Below, piece after piece: positions 50,845 to 60,290 of a stretch of DNA of 64,000 nucleotides. The stretch is from Microcoleus sp. (GTDB lineage Bacteria; Cyanobacteriota; Cyanobacteriia; Cyanobacteriales; Microcoleaceae): contig JAYFMW010000026.1 of assembly GCA_042408215.1 (NCBI GenBank), forward strand, positions 32,001-96,000, given 5' to 3'. A model generated the notes under the pieces. The model searched no databases and was not told the DNA's origin. It saw only the letters and a program-made list of their open reading frames with translations. Within the stretch, counting starts at the first letter, position 1; the number at the start of each line of letters is the position of its first letter. Both the position numbers and the translations under genes were made by a program.

Positions 50845-51096
50845 ATGCCAAAGCCAAAACGCTCTGGTGAGGGAGGGCCTTTGCTATTTATTCCCTATTC
50901 CCGGAAACCTTTTTTGGAAAACAAAAAGAAAGTTCGAGGGAGAAATCGCCACCCCTTTGAGTTGCTGGAAAAAGTTCAGAACTTATTAGAAACTGCACTG
51001 GACAGAAATGAGTTTGAGTCAGAGGAGGTCAAAGCAGAAGTCTATGACTTTTTAGTAATCCTCCGAGGCTCTAAAAAGGTATCTCAAAGGCGCTAG
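50845..51096 (+). CDS. Orphan 83-aa basic protein, candidate CRISPR-regulated toxin or regulator
   Basis: AAGGAG RBS, ATG at 50845, downstream terminator; no family recognised. Confidence 0.6.
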   Translation: MPKPKRSGEGGPLLFIPYSRKPFLENKKKVRGRNRHPFELLEKVQNLLETALDRNEFESEEVKAEVYDFLVILRGSKKVSQRR

Positions 51097-51128
51097 ATAG
51101 TAGCACCTTACGAATTTTCATTAGTTAG

Positions 51129-51175
51129 GCTCTACAGGAGTAGTGTAACTACATAAGAGCCTGTAGAGCTCTTTT
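51129..51175 (+). terminator. Putative intrinsic terminator after the 83-aa ORF
   Basis: GCTCTACAGG (51129-51138) / CCTGTAGAGC (51160-51169) followed by TCTTTT. Confidence 0.55.
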
Positions 51176-51220
51176 GTCAAAAATCTCTATCAAAGATAAG
51201 TGAGTTCTTTCATAGACTCC

Positions 51221-51363
51221 CAGGGCTGTTTCATTCTCTTGTAGGGGCGGTGCCCCCGTGCCCGCCCTAGCTCTCAAACACATACAAAATGTCGATGAAG
51301 AGGGTCGGCACGGGGGCACGACCCCTACAAAATTATCGTTTTCTTGAGAATGAAATAGCCCTG
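51221..51363. mobile_element. MITE, 143 bp, 18-bp TIRs, 10-bp TSD CATAGACTCC
   Basis: CAGGGCTGTTTCATTCTC / GAGAATGAAATAGCCCTG (17/18); TSD at 51211-51220 and 51364-51373. Confidence 0.92.
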
Positions 51364-51386
51364 CATAGACTCCCTAGAGGCATAAA

Positions 51387-54300
51387 ATGGCTAAAAAACG
51401 TCAAAAACCAGATGAAGAGTATCAACAACTCTCATTATTTGATATCCCAGTTAATTTGAACTCTGAGCGATCGGATGATCCAGATGATGACTGGTTGCAA
51501 GATGAAGAATTAGGGTCAAACTTTCAAACGTCCGATCGCACAATCGAACCTCAAACTCGCGACTTACTAACCCTCAAACTCTTGCGATCAGCCATTCAGA
51601 GTCAAAATCCAGGCGATCGCGTCATGGCAGACTTCGCAGAATATGTCTTGCCAAATCTGCTGCGAGTTGCCATTGGCGTCACAGCCAAAGGCGGCAAATT
51701 TTTTGACGAACTCGATCGCAAACAAGGAAAAGAGAACGTCAGGCGCGATAACGCAGGCGATCAGTCCCTAAATACTCACCTGCTAAATGGATTATTTCCC
51801 GCTAATTTAATTGAACAGCGGTTAGAAAAACTCGATACCACCGTGCGGCGATCCGTAGGAGAAAAAGAACGGCGGTTAGTAATTGCTGGATTTATTCTCC
51901 ACGACTTTGAAAAATTCCCCGATGTCCCCAACGATTGCCGCAAGTTACCACTAGAAAAGCACCGTCAAATTATTGATGAAAAAGTGCGACAGTTAGGACT
52001 AGATAGCTTGATCAATCCCGACGATCCAGATGCTTATCGAGAATACATTGACGATTTGCTCTGCCTTGCTTACAACGCTCAGCGGCGTTGGGATACTAAC
52101 TGGAATTTTTCCGAATTTGGGTTAAATCCAGTGTTGCGCGATCGCACACTCCGCAGTCTTTCAGACTTAACCTGTTTAGCAGATTCCCTAGCATCTATTA
52201 TCAAACATCCCCAAGATGCAGAAAATACCAGACTAAACGAGTTAATCCACAGCCTCAGCGACGGACAATTAAAATTCACTTATCACAGCATCGCTGAAAA
52301 CAGAGGCGTACTTACTAACGTCGTCAATAACGCTTTAATGGAAGTGCATACGGCGCTGAATACCGACGCTTGCACCTACTATGAACCACTGCTTTACCTA
52401 CCAACAGGTGTAATTTACCTAGCACGGCGGGATGCTCCTGCTATTTCAATTGCAGACTTGCCCGAACGGGTAGTTAGCAAGATTAAACAACTCTGCGCCG
52501 GACAATTGCAACGGCGACAAACTGGATTTGGTAGAGATGGTAAAGGCATGAAATATGCCGAGTATTATAACCTGTTTTTTGATCCGTCAGAGTTGATGCT
52601 AGTTGCTGTTGATGCTACTTTACGCATTCTCAAAATAGGAAAAAACTCTGTTGCCAAAAGTCGCAGCGATAATCTGATCAAATTTCAGCGTCAGGATGTT
52701 TTATCTGCCGATTATAAATTCAATTTTGAGGACGATATTCGGATTGACCAAATTGCTGAACTTGGGGACTTAGTGAGTCGCAAGATTTGGGGAGAACAGG
52801 TTAATACCATCGAAACTGCACGCAAGAAAGACAAAAAACTACCCGCCCTAACTCATCTAGATATTGTCGATGAAATTGCTAAGTTTTGGAACCTGTCCGA
52901 CTATCTACCAGCCCTAAGAGAAATTCAACGGATTAATGAAAGCCTCAAAGAACTTAAACTAAAAGGCAATACAGGCGGCGTTCCTTACGAATGGTACTAT
53001 TTAGCAGCAAAGTACCTAGAACATCACCCAGGAATTGAGGATGTGCGGGAAGTTTGCGAACAGGCGATCGCCCACATTTCCCAAATGATTAAACCCATTC
53101 TTTCACAGTACAAATTGCCCGACGGTTGGGACGATTTGCGGTTGTGGGTAACGCGGGTTGTTATGTTACCCGGAAATACACCATTGGACACAGCATCCGC
53201 TGACGTATTTTTAGATGAATTGGAACGCTACCAACTCGCCAAAAAACAGGGTAGAGGAAGACAGTTAATCTGTTCGATTTCCCATTCAGCTTACACGGTG
53301 ACAGAACAAATGGAATCAGCCGTTTTGTTCACCCCTCAAGTTTACACTAACAAACAAATGTTGGGAGGTTCTAACGCCAAACGGAATATTTCTAGTATTG
53401 CAGGTTTGGAAATGATGCTGAGGCAAATTTTAATGAATCAAACTCAAGCTGTGGGCAAAAAATTTGAAGATGGCAAATATCGCTATCTCTATTTTTATCC
53501 CACATATTACTTCACCCCAGAAACAAATAAGTTTCTGCAAAAAGCCTACACTAGCATTGCCCAAACCCGCTTTGATACCAGCATACGCAATCATTTTATC
53601 AGCAAAGATTTGCAAGCCGATTTTGGGCGCGATCGCTACCAAAGCATCGATGCTTTCCTCATAGATGAAAACATCGAACCAGGAAAAGACCGCACCTTCA
53701 AACTTTCCTATCCCGAAGACCAACCTCTAACATTTTACTTCATGGCGCTTCCCCCCGGTAGAGATGCAACAGATACCGAATCTTGGGTAATGCCAGCTTG
53801 GCTAGCTTTTGCTTTCCCGATGATTCTGGATGTCAAAACCGTAGTTTCAGAGTCGCCAATTCCGCCTTTTAACGACGGTGCAGAATTTGAAGAAACCGTA
53901 TTTCTTGACAGTGTACCCCAAGCTTTTAGGGTATTGACCAAGCGCGATCGCTTTCGTCTCGACTATATTTTAGAAGGATGGGAGGAAAACGGCAAATCTT
54001 ATCCAGCACCTTTGAATGTGTTAACCGCTGCTTATGCGATTCACCTTGATGTTAATGCAAAACAAGGGAAGTCCGGTTATGACTCCAACTGGGGAAAATT
54101 AACTGAACTCGCCACTGATTTTGAAACCAGCCCGCTTTATGTGTTTAGCTACCTAAATAAGTGGGTGCGGAAACAGAAAAATGAAACGGCATCAATTCAA
54201 AAGATTAAGCTTTATGCTTATCATTTTTACCCTTGCTTTGACTCCTATGCCCAACTATAATTTCATGATCAGAGGAACGGATCGACTGAGACAACCGCAT

Positions 54301-54791
54301 CAAGCCTAAACCACCCTGCCAAAAATTGACAGGAATTGTATCGCAGGTTCTATACCGCTGACAAGTAAGCGATACAATCCCAAGGCAAATGCTGTGCTGA
54401 AACCGATTGATATTGCCTCTAAAACCATCCTGGAAGCCGATCGCAGTTTTCAAGGTGAGCATCTTCCTACGTGTTGGGCTCCGTTGCGTGCTGAAGCCTG
54501 TTCGGGGAAAAGCTCGATGGATCGCGTTCACTGCTTCTACTGCTGAAGGGCGCTGGGATTTGGCTCAGCAAGCGGGAGGAAGAACGAGAGGCAATTTTAG
54601 AGTTTGCTCGCTACTTTGTTGAGGAGGTGTTTGAGCAATCATTTGCGGGCGATCGCGCTCGTTTAGCAGGTCGCCAAATCAACTTAATCCGAGATACCTG
54701 CGAATTTCTTTACCGTTTAGAGAATGACAAAGACAATCGTGATAGAGATGACAAATCTCCTGACGATTTACAAGAAGAAGCTGACAATTAA
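51387..54791 (+). CDS. cas10d: Cas10d/Csc3 large subunit; C-terminal (Cas11d-like) part frameshifted from about 54250
   Basis: DQSLNTHLLNG and LHDFEK HD motifs; homology continues out of frame to EAILEFARYF..LIRDTCEFLYRLE with stop at 54791. Confidence 0.9.
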
Positions 54792-54860
54792 AGCTGAATT
54801 TTTTGTTCGATCGGCTACAGGCTAACTACAAAACTAACATTTTTACATAGGACACAAATC

Positions 54861-55874
54861 ATGCCTTTCTTGAAAACAGTTGACTCTAAATTTTTCCATG
54901 CTAACATCCCCTACAAACCAATGGGTAAATATGTACACTTTCTGACTGTGCGGGTGACGGAATCTTATCCCCTATTTCAGACAGATGGAGAACTGAATAA
55001 AGCGCGGGTGAGGTCAGGAATTCAAGACCAAAAACCAATCAGTCGCCTGACCATGTTTAAGCGCAAGCAATCTACACCAGAACGTTTGGTCGGTCGCGAG
55101 TTGCTGCGTAACTACGGTTTTATGACCGCTGAAGACTGCGAATACAATGTCAAGTTTGCCATGAATAACCCTGATTGCATTATCTACGGATTTGCGATCG
55201 GTGACTCTGGTTCAGAGAAGTCAAAAGTCGTAGTTGACACAGCATTTTCAATTACCGCTTTTGACGAATCTCACGAGACTTTTACCCTCAATGCTCCCTT
55301 TGAAAATGGCACAATGGCATCTAAGGGTGAAGCAGGTTCCAAACCAGGCGAAGTTACCAGCCGCATCAATCAGCAAGACCACATCAAACCCCAGATTTTC
55401 TTTCCTAGCATTGTCACCCTGAAAGATCCTACCGAAGCTAGTTTTTTGTATGTTTTCAACAACATCCTGAGAACGCGGCACTATGGGGCTCAAACCACCC
55501 GCACAGGTAGAGTCAGAAATGAGTTAATTGGTGTGGTATTTGCAGATGGCGAAATTACCAGTAACCTCCGCTGGACGCAAGCAATTTACGACAAATTGCA
55601 GCTTGACAATAAGCTGAATTCCAACAACCCTCTCAATGAAGATGATGTGATTATAGCTGCTAGCGCTGCTATCCAAACATTAATGTCTGAGGAATTTATC
55701 GTGCATCAGGACTTTATTGGGAATAAGTTTACACCATTAGTGACAGAGGTTAAAGCTGTTATTGGCAATGAAGATGAACTCAAAAAGATGTTGAAAAAAG
55801 CTGATGACGAGGCTAAAGCTTACGCGAAGAAGCATATCAAGGGTAAAGCGGGATCTACAGCAGCAGCGGAGTAA
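54861..55874 (+). CDS. cas7: Type I-D Cas7/Csc2 backbone subunit
   Basis: FKRKQSTPERLVGRELLR, PDCIIYGFA and YGAQTTRTG motifs. Confidence 0.93.
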   Translation: MPFLKTVDSKFFHANIPYKPMGKYVHFLTVRVTESYPLFQTDGELNKARVRSGIQDQKPISRLTMFKRKQSTPERLVGRELLRNYGFMTAEDCEYNVKFAMNNPDCIIYGFAIGDSGSEKSKVVVDTAFSITAFDESHETFTLNAPFENGTMASKGEAGSKPGEVTSRINQQDHIKPQIFFPSIVTLKDPTEASFLYVFNNILRTRHYGAQTTRTGRVRNELIGVVFADGEITSNLRWTQAIYDKLQLDNKLNSNNPLNEDDVIIAASAAIQTLMSEEFIVHQDFIGNKFTPLVTEVKAVIGNEDELKKMLKKADDEAKAYAKKHIKGKAGSTAAAE

Positions 55875-55879
55875 CAACA

Positions 55880-56587
55880 ATGGCTATTATTTACCGCTGT
55901 CAAATCGAGTTGCACGATAGCCTTTATTTTGCAACTCGCGAGATAGGGAGACTTTACGAAACAGAGCCGGTAATTCACAATTACGCGCTTTGTTACGCCC
56001 TCGGTTTGGTGGATAGCGAAATCTATGCCACCACCGTTTCCGAAGAACATTCCTATCGCTATTTCTGTCCCGAACAAATCCCCAAATACGAGCCGCATTT
56101 AACGGCGCTCAACCAACAGGGGATTTATGTTACTCCAGGGCGATCGCTTTTTCACTCCTCCACTCTCAATACTTGGAAATACGCCAACAACAACTATCAC
56201 GTTGAGATGGAAAAAACCCAGAAAAATATCCCCAGTTTTGGCAGAACCAAAGAAATTGCTCCTGAAAGCAAATTTGAGTTTTTCATCATCTCAGAAAAGG
56301 CTTTGAAACTGGCTAAATGGATTCGTTTGGGAAAGTGGATGAGCAAAGCAGCAGTCGAAATTGTAGAACAGAAGGAAGTGAAACGCTCAACTTCTGAAGC
56401 TGACTTGATTTTTCCCTATTTGCTCAATCCTTTAGATGTGATGTTTTCTCATCAAGTGATTAGCTACGATGTGGTAAATATGCCCCCAGTTAGTTTGATT
56501 CAAAATGTCAAAATGAGAGGGCGATATTACCTATTTGAAAACCTCAAAATTCCAGCCTGTATGCAATATCGCTTTAAGGCTGATTAA
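55880..56587 (+). CDS. cas5: Type I-D Cas5/Csc1
   Basis: FATREIGRLYET..IHNYALCYAL and WIRLGKWMSKA motifs. Confidence 0.93.
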   Translation: MAIIYRCQIELHDSLYFATREIGRLYETEPVIHNYALCYALGLVDSEIYATTVSEEHSYRYFCPEQIPKYEPHLTALNQQGIYVTPGRSLFHSSTLNTWKYANNNYHVEMEKTQKNIPSFGRTKEIAPESKFEFFIISEKALKLAKWIRLGKWMSKAAVEIVEQKEVKRSTSEADLIFPYLLNPLDVMFSHQVISYDVVNMPPVSLIQNVKMRGRYYLFENLKIPACMQYRFKAD

Positions 56588-56628
56588 TACGAGGCAGAGC
56601 CTCTAGAAATGCGTTCCCAGATAGAACC

Positions 56629-56837
56629 CATTGGTGACAACAAACACGTTAAACGTAATACCGGTCTGCTGTTTGATGATTAGGCCCCGATCCCCCCTAA
56701 CCCCCCTTAAGAAGGGGGGAACCGGAAATAGATCTTTCGTCACCCCCTACTCCCCTTCTTAAGGGGGATTTAGGGGGTTCTAGACTCGGCTCTGAACGAG
56801 AGATACAAAGGTTTTAAGGCTTAAGTTGTCATCAATG
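56629..56837. mobile_element. Diverged third MITE copy between cas5 and cas6
   Basis: CATTGGTGACAAC / GTTGTCATCAATG ends, same CCCCCCTTAAGAAGGGGGG core; flanks GATAGAACC and GGTGGAACC (7/9). Confidence 0.8.
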
Positions 56838-56886
56838 GGTGGAACCTAGAAACGAGAAATTAAACCAACTTTAACCATTAACCAAT

Positions 56887-57770
56887 ATGCCACACAGCCT
56901 AGTCCTAAACCTCCTCCCCCAGGCCCCAATTCCCCCCGGATACCTCACCGGAAGACACCTGCACGCCCTATTCCTCACCCTCGTGAGCACCGCAGACAAA
57001 AAACTCGGCGACTACCTCCACGAAGCCACCGCCCAAAAATCCTTCACCCTCAGCCCTTTACAAACCAAAAAATGCCCTTTCAAAAAACATCATTCCCTCC
57101 AATGGGAACACACAGAACCAATTCCAGAACATACCCTCTGCTGGTGGCGAATTACTCTCCTTGATGACAGTTTATTCAGCAAATTAACTCACCTTTGGCT
57201 CAATCTTAATCCCGCTCATCCCTGGCACCTGGGCCCGGCGGATTTGCTGATTACGAATATCTTCGGCACTGCTCAATTAAATCAACCTTGGGCTAATGCT
57301 TGTACTTACTCTCAATTGTACGAACAAGCTTCGGAAACTAACCGCTTAATTGCTTTTAGTTTTGCGACTCCTACTACTTTTAGGCAGGGGAAATTCGATT
57401 CGGTGATTCCTACTAGAGAATGCGTTTTTAACAGTCTTCTCAGTCGCTGGAATAAGTACAGCCCGCATCGCAGATTCCCGATCTTTCCTTCGATGCACTG
57501 TTTTCGACATTTGTCAATATAAAAAGCGAAAAAGTGACTAACTATGAAATCAATTTTGTGGGGATGGTTGGGGAGGTTAGTTATCGGATCTTGGGTGATG
57601 TGGAACCTTTGGCGATTAAGCAAATTAATGCTTTGGCTGATTTTGCTCTTTACTGCGGGGTTGGGAGGAAAACTCCGATGGGGATGGGAATGACACGGCG
57701 AATTGCGATCGCACCTTCTCAAAAAATTACCAAGCAAAATGCAGAATTATCGTTCCCGATTCAAGGGTAA
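56887..57770 (+). CDS. cas6: Cas6 endoribonuclease, frameshifted near 57460-57535
   Basis: MPHSLVLNL..GRHLHALF, FATPTTFRQ; the C-terminal G-rich loop YCGVGRKTPMGMG is in a separate ORF. Confidence 0.88.
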
Positions 57771-57830
57771 TAGCTTTGTATTTGTCGTTAACTCATTTCA
57801 AACTGAAACGTTGCACCATTCTCAATAAAT

Positions 57831-58062
57831 CTGTAGGGGCGGGTTCGCCAAGGACTTTAAAGATAGCAAACAGATTAAATAAACCCGCCCCCACCCACGA
57901 AAAAACCCGATCGAGTCATTTTTGCTCCACGCACAGGGCTAAGCATTTTGGTCTAATATTTGACGTTTTATCTGGAACTTTTCGCCCGAATGCTTAGTGG
58001 GGAGGGCGGGTTTATTTAACTTGTTTGCAAGCTTGAAGATTGCTGGCGAACCCGCCCCTACA
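57831..58062. repeat. Long inverted repeat built from GTAG-type REP-like units
   Basis: CTGTAGGGGCGGGTTCGCCA..TTAAATAAACCCGCCC pairs with GGGCGGGTTTATTTAA..TGGCGAACCCGCCCCTACAG. Confidence 0.85.
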
Positions 58063-58137
58063 GGGTTATTTAAAATGGTGCTAAATGTCAGTTATCCAGA
58101 TTTTTTCACTATCTAATTTAGGAAAATTGGTGTAACT

Positions 58138-58731
58138 ATGAACGATTTTGATTACATTTCGATCGCACTTCTCAACCAATACTCTTACTGTCCTCACCGC
58201 TGTTGGCGAATGTCTTGTGCGGGAGAATTTGCGGATAACCAGTATACCATCGAAGGGACGACTTTGCACGATCGCGTCCACACGATGGGCGAAATCAACC
58301 GCGACGAAACTTGGCAAATTCGGGCGATTTGGCTGAAGTCTGAGAAGTATATGCTGATTGGGAAATCCGACTTAATTGAATCAACCGATGGTGAGTTGTA
58401 TCCCGTCGAGTACAAGCGGGGGCGGAAGGGGGAATGGGATAATGATGAGTTGCAAGTTTGCGCTCAAGCGCTTTGTTTGGAGGAGATGACGGGGAAAAGT
58501 ATTGCGACTGGATATGTGTATTACGCGCAGTCGCATCAGCGGCAATTAGTGGAGATTTCTGAGCGGTTGAGACGGGAGGCAATTGTGACTATTTCTGCAA
58601 TCCAAATTTTACTGCAAACGGGCAAAATGCCTCCAGCTAATTATAGCAAACGCTGTCAGGGTTGCAGTCTTTATCCGCAATGTTTGCCGCAAGCTGCGGA
58701 GAAAGTCCTGCGCTATCAAGAAGCAAGTTAA
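58138..58731 (+). CDS. cas4: Cas4 nuclease
   Basis: YCPHRCW, GKSDLIE..PVEYKRG, QVCAQALCLEEM and C..CSL...C.P motifs. Confidence 0.93.
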   Translation: MNDFDYISIALLNQYSYCPHRCWRMSCAGEFADNQYTIEGTTLHDRVHTMGEINRDETWQIRAIWLKSEKYMLIGKSDLIESTDGELYPVEYKRGRKGEWDNDELQVCAQALCLEEMTGKSIATGYVYYAQSHQRQLVEISERLRREAIVTISAIQILLQTGKMPPANYSKRCQGCSLYPQCLPQAAEKVLRYQEAS

Positions 58732-58753
58732 CCTACAAATAGGAGAGTTCACA

Positions 58754-59761
58754 ATGGGAACAGTTTACATTACTCAAGAAGATGCTTTTATCGGCAAGAA
58801 TGACGAACGTCTTACCGTTAAAGCAGACAAAAAAAATTTGTTGGATGTGCCGTTAATTAAAATTGATGGTGTTGTTGCTTTGGGACGCGCCACAGTTTCT
58901 CCGGCTGTGGTTGTGGAACTTTTGGAACGTCACATTCCTTTAAGCTTTCTGACTGAAACGGACGTTATTTAGGCAGGCTGGAACCGGAAATGACGTAAAA
59001 ATATTTTTGTGCGAAAAGCTCAGTGGCAAGCAGCAGGCGAATCTGAAAAGTCAGTACATTTAGTCAGGGGTTTTGTACGAGGTAAACTCAAAAATTACCG
59101 CAATACTTTGTTGGAATGTCAGCGCAAATATTCTCCACAAGATTTTGAAAAATCGATCGCCCAATTGAAACAAGTCATCGCGTCAATAGACAAAACTGCG
59201 AGTATTAATTCCCTGCGAGGATTAGAGGGGGCGGGTAGTGCGACTTATTTTGGCTGCTTCAATCGGCTGATTCGCGTGCCTGAATTTAGCTTTGAAGTTC
59301 GCCGTCGTCGTCCGCCGACCGATCCGGTAAATTCTCTGTTAAGTTTGGGATATTCTCTGTTGCGGCACGATGTTCAAAGTGCGGTGAATATTGTGGGGTT
59401 CGATCCGTATTTGGGATATCTTGCATTTCGAGCGCTATGGCCGTCCTTCCTTAGCACTGGATTTGATGGAAGAATTTCGACCGTTGGTAGTTGATGCTGT
59501 AGTGTTAACAGCGATCAATTTGCAGAAAGTTGCTCCTAATGATTTTACGGCAGAACCGTTGAGCGGTGCGGTTTCTTTGACAAAAGAAGCGCTGCACAAT
59601 TTTTTACGACTTTACGAGCAAAAGAAACAGTCAAAATTTAAGCATCCAGTGATGGGAAAGTCGTGTGCACTTATCAAGAAGCTTTTGAAATTCAAGGGCG
59701 GCTGATGGCTAAGTATTTGATGGGTGAAATTGACAAGTATCCACCTTTAGTTTTGTACTAG
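58754..59761 (+). CDS. cas1: Cas1, split by several frameshifts
   Basis: Three consecutive fragments: MGTVYITQ.., LRGLEGAG..RRPPTDPVNSLLSLGY, SLALDLMEEFRP; ends KYPPLVLY stop. Confidence 0.88.
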
Positions 59762-59763
59762 AT

Positions 59764-60039
59764 ATGCACATTCTGATTTCTTACGATGTCCCGGAGGATA
59801 AGCGCCGGACAAAGATTCACAAAATGCTCAAATCCTATGGGCAGTGGATGCAGTACAGTGTGTTTGAGTGTGCTGATTTGACTGAGACTCAGTACGCTAA
59901 GTTGCGATCGCGCCTGAACAAAGTCATCAAACCGAACGAAGACAGCATTTTGTTTTTTCGGCTGTGCGCGTGCTGTCAGGGTAAAATTGAACGTATTGGT
60001 GGGGTAGTGCCTGCCGATCGGACAATATTTTTTGCCTAG
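59764..60039 (+). CDS. cas2: Cas2
   Basis: ISYDV..DKRRTK..YGQWMQYSVFEC..LCACC. Confidence 0.95.
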   Translation: MHILISYDVPEDKRRTKIHKMLKSYGQWMQYSVFECADLTETQYAKLRSRLNKVIKPNEDSILFFRLCACCQGKIERIGGVVPADRTIFFA

Positions 60040-60290
60040 TTTCCGTGAATCGGTAGGTGTTAAAATAGGGGTATCAAATTTTTCGGCTGAAACTCATGTG
60101 CAGCAAGAGTTTGATGCCCCTCGTCTGAAAAAACGATTCACGGAAAGTCTGAAAGCTTTACAGGATAACGTTTTGGAGTGAATATGGAAATTTGGCTATT
60201 GACAAGTCGAAGGCTGGAATGGTACTTTTGTTTTAGATTCACGGAACTGAACCTTGAAAACCAAATACACTCTGGCTTCTGGAGCGGGCG
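60040..60290 (+). promoter_or_regulatory. CRISPR leader with a putative promoter TTGACA-N18-TACTTT
   Basis: Lies between cas2 and the first repeat; TTGACA at 60199, TGGTACTTT at 60220-60228. Confidence 0.75.

Noticed and set aside
50608..51096. 162-aa version of the orphan ORF
   Set aside because: Its ATG coincides with the predicted -35 box, upstream of the inferred transcription start; ATG 50845 has a strong AAGGAG RBS. Not formally excluded
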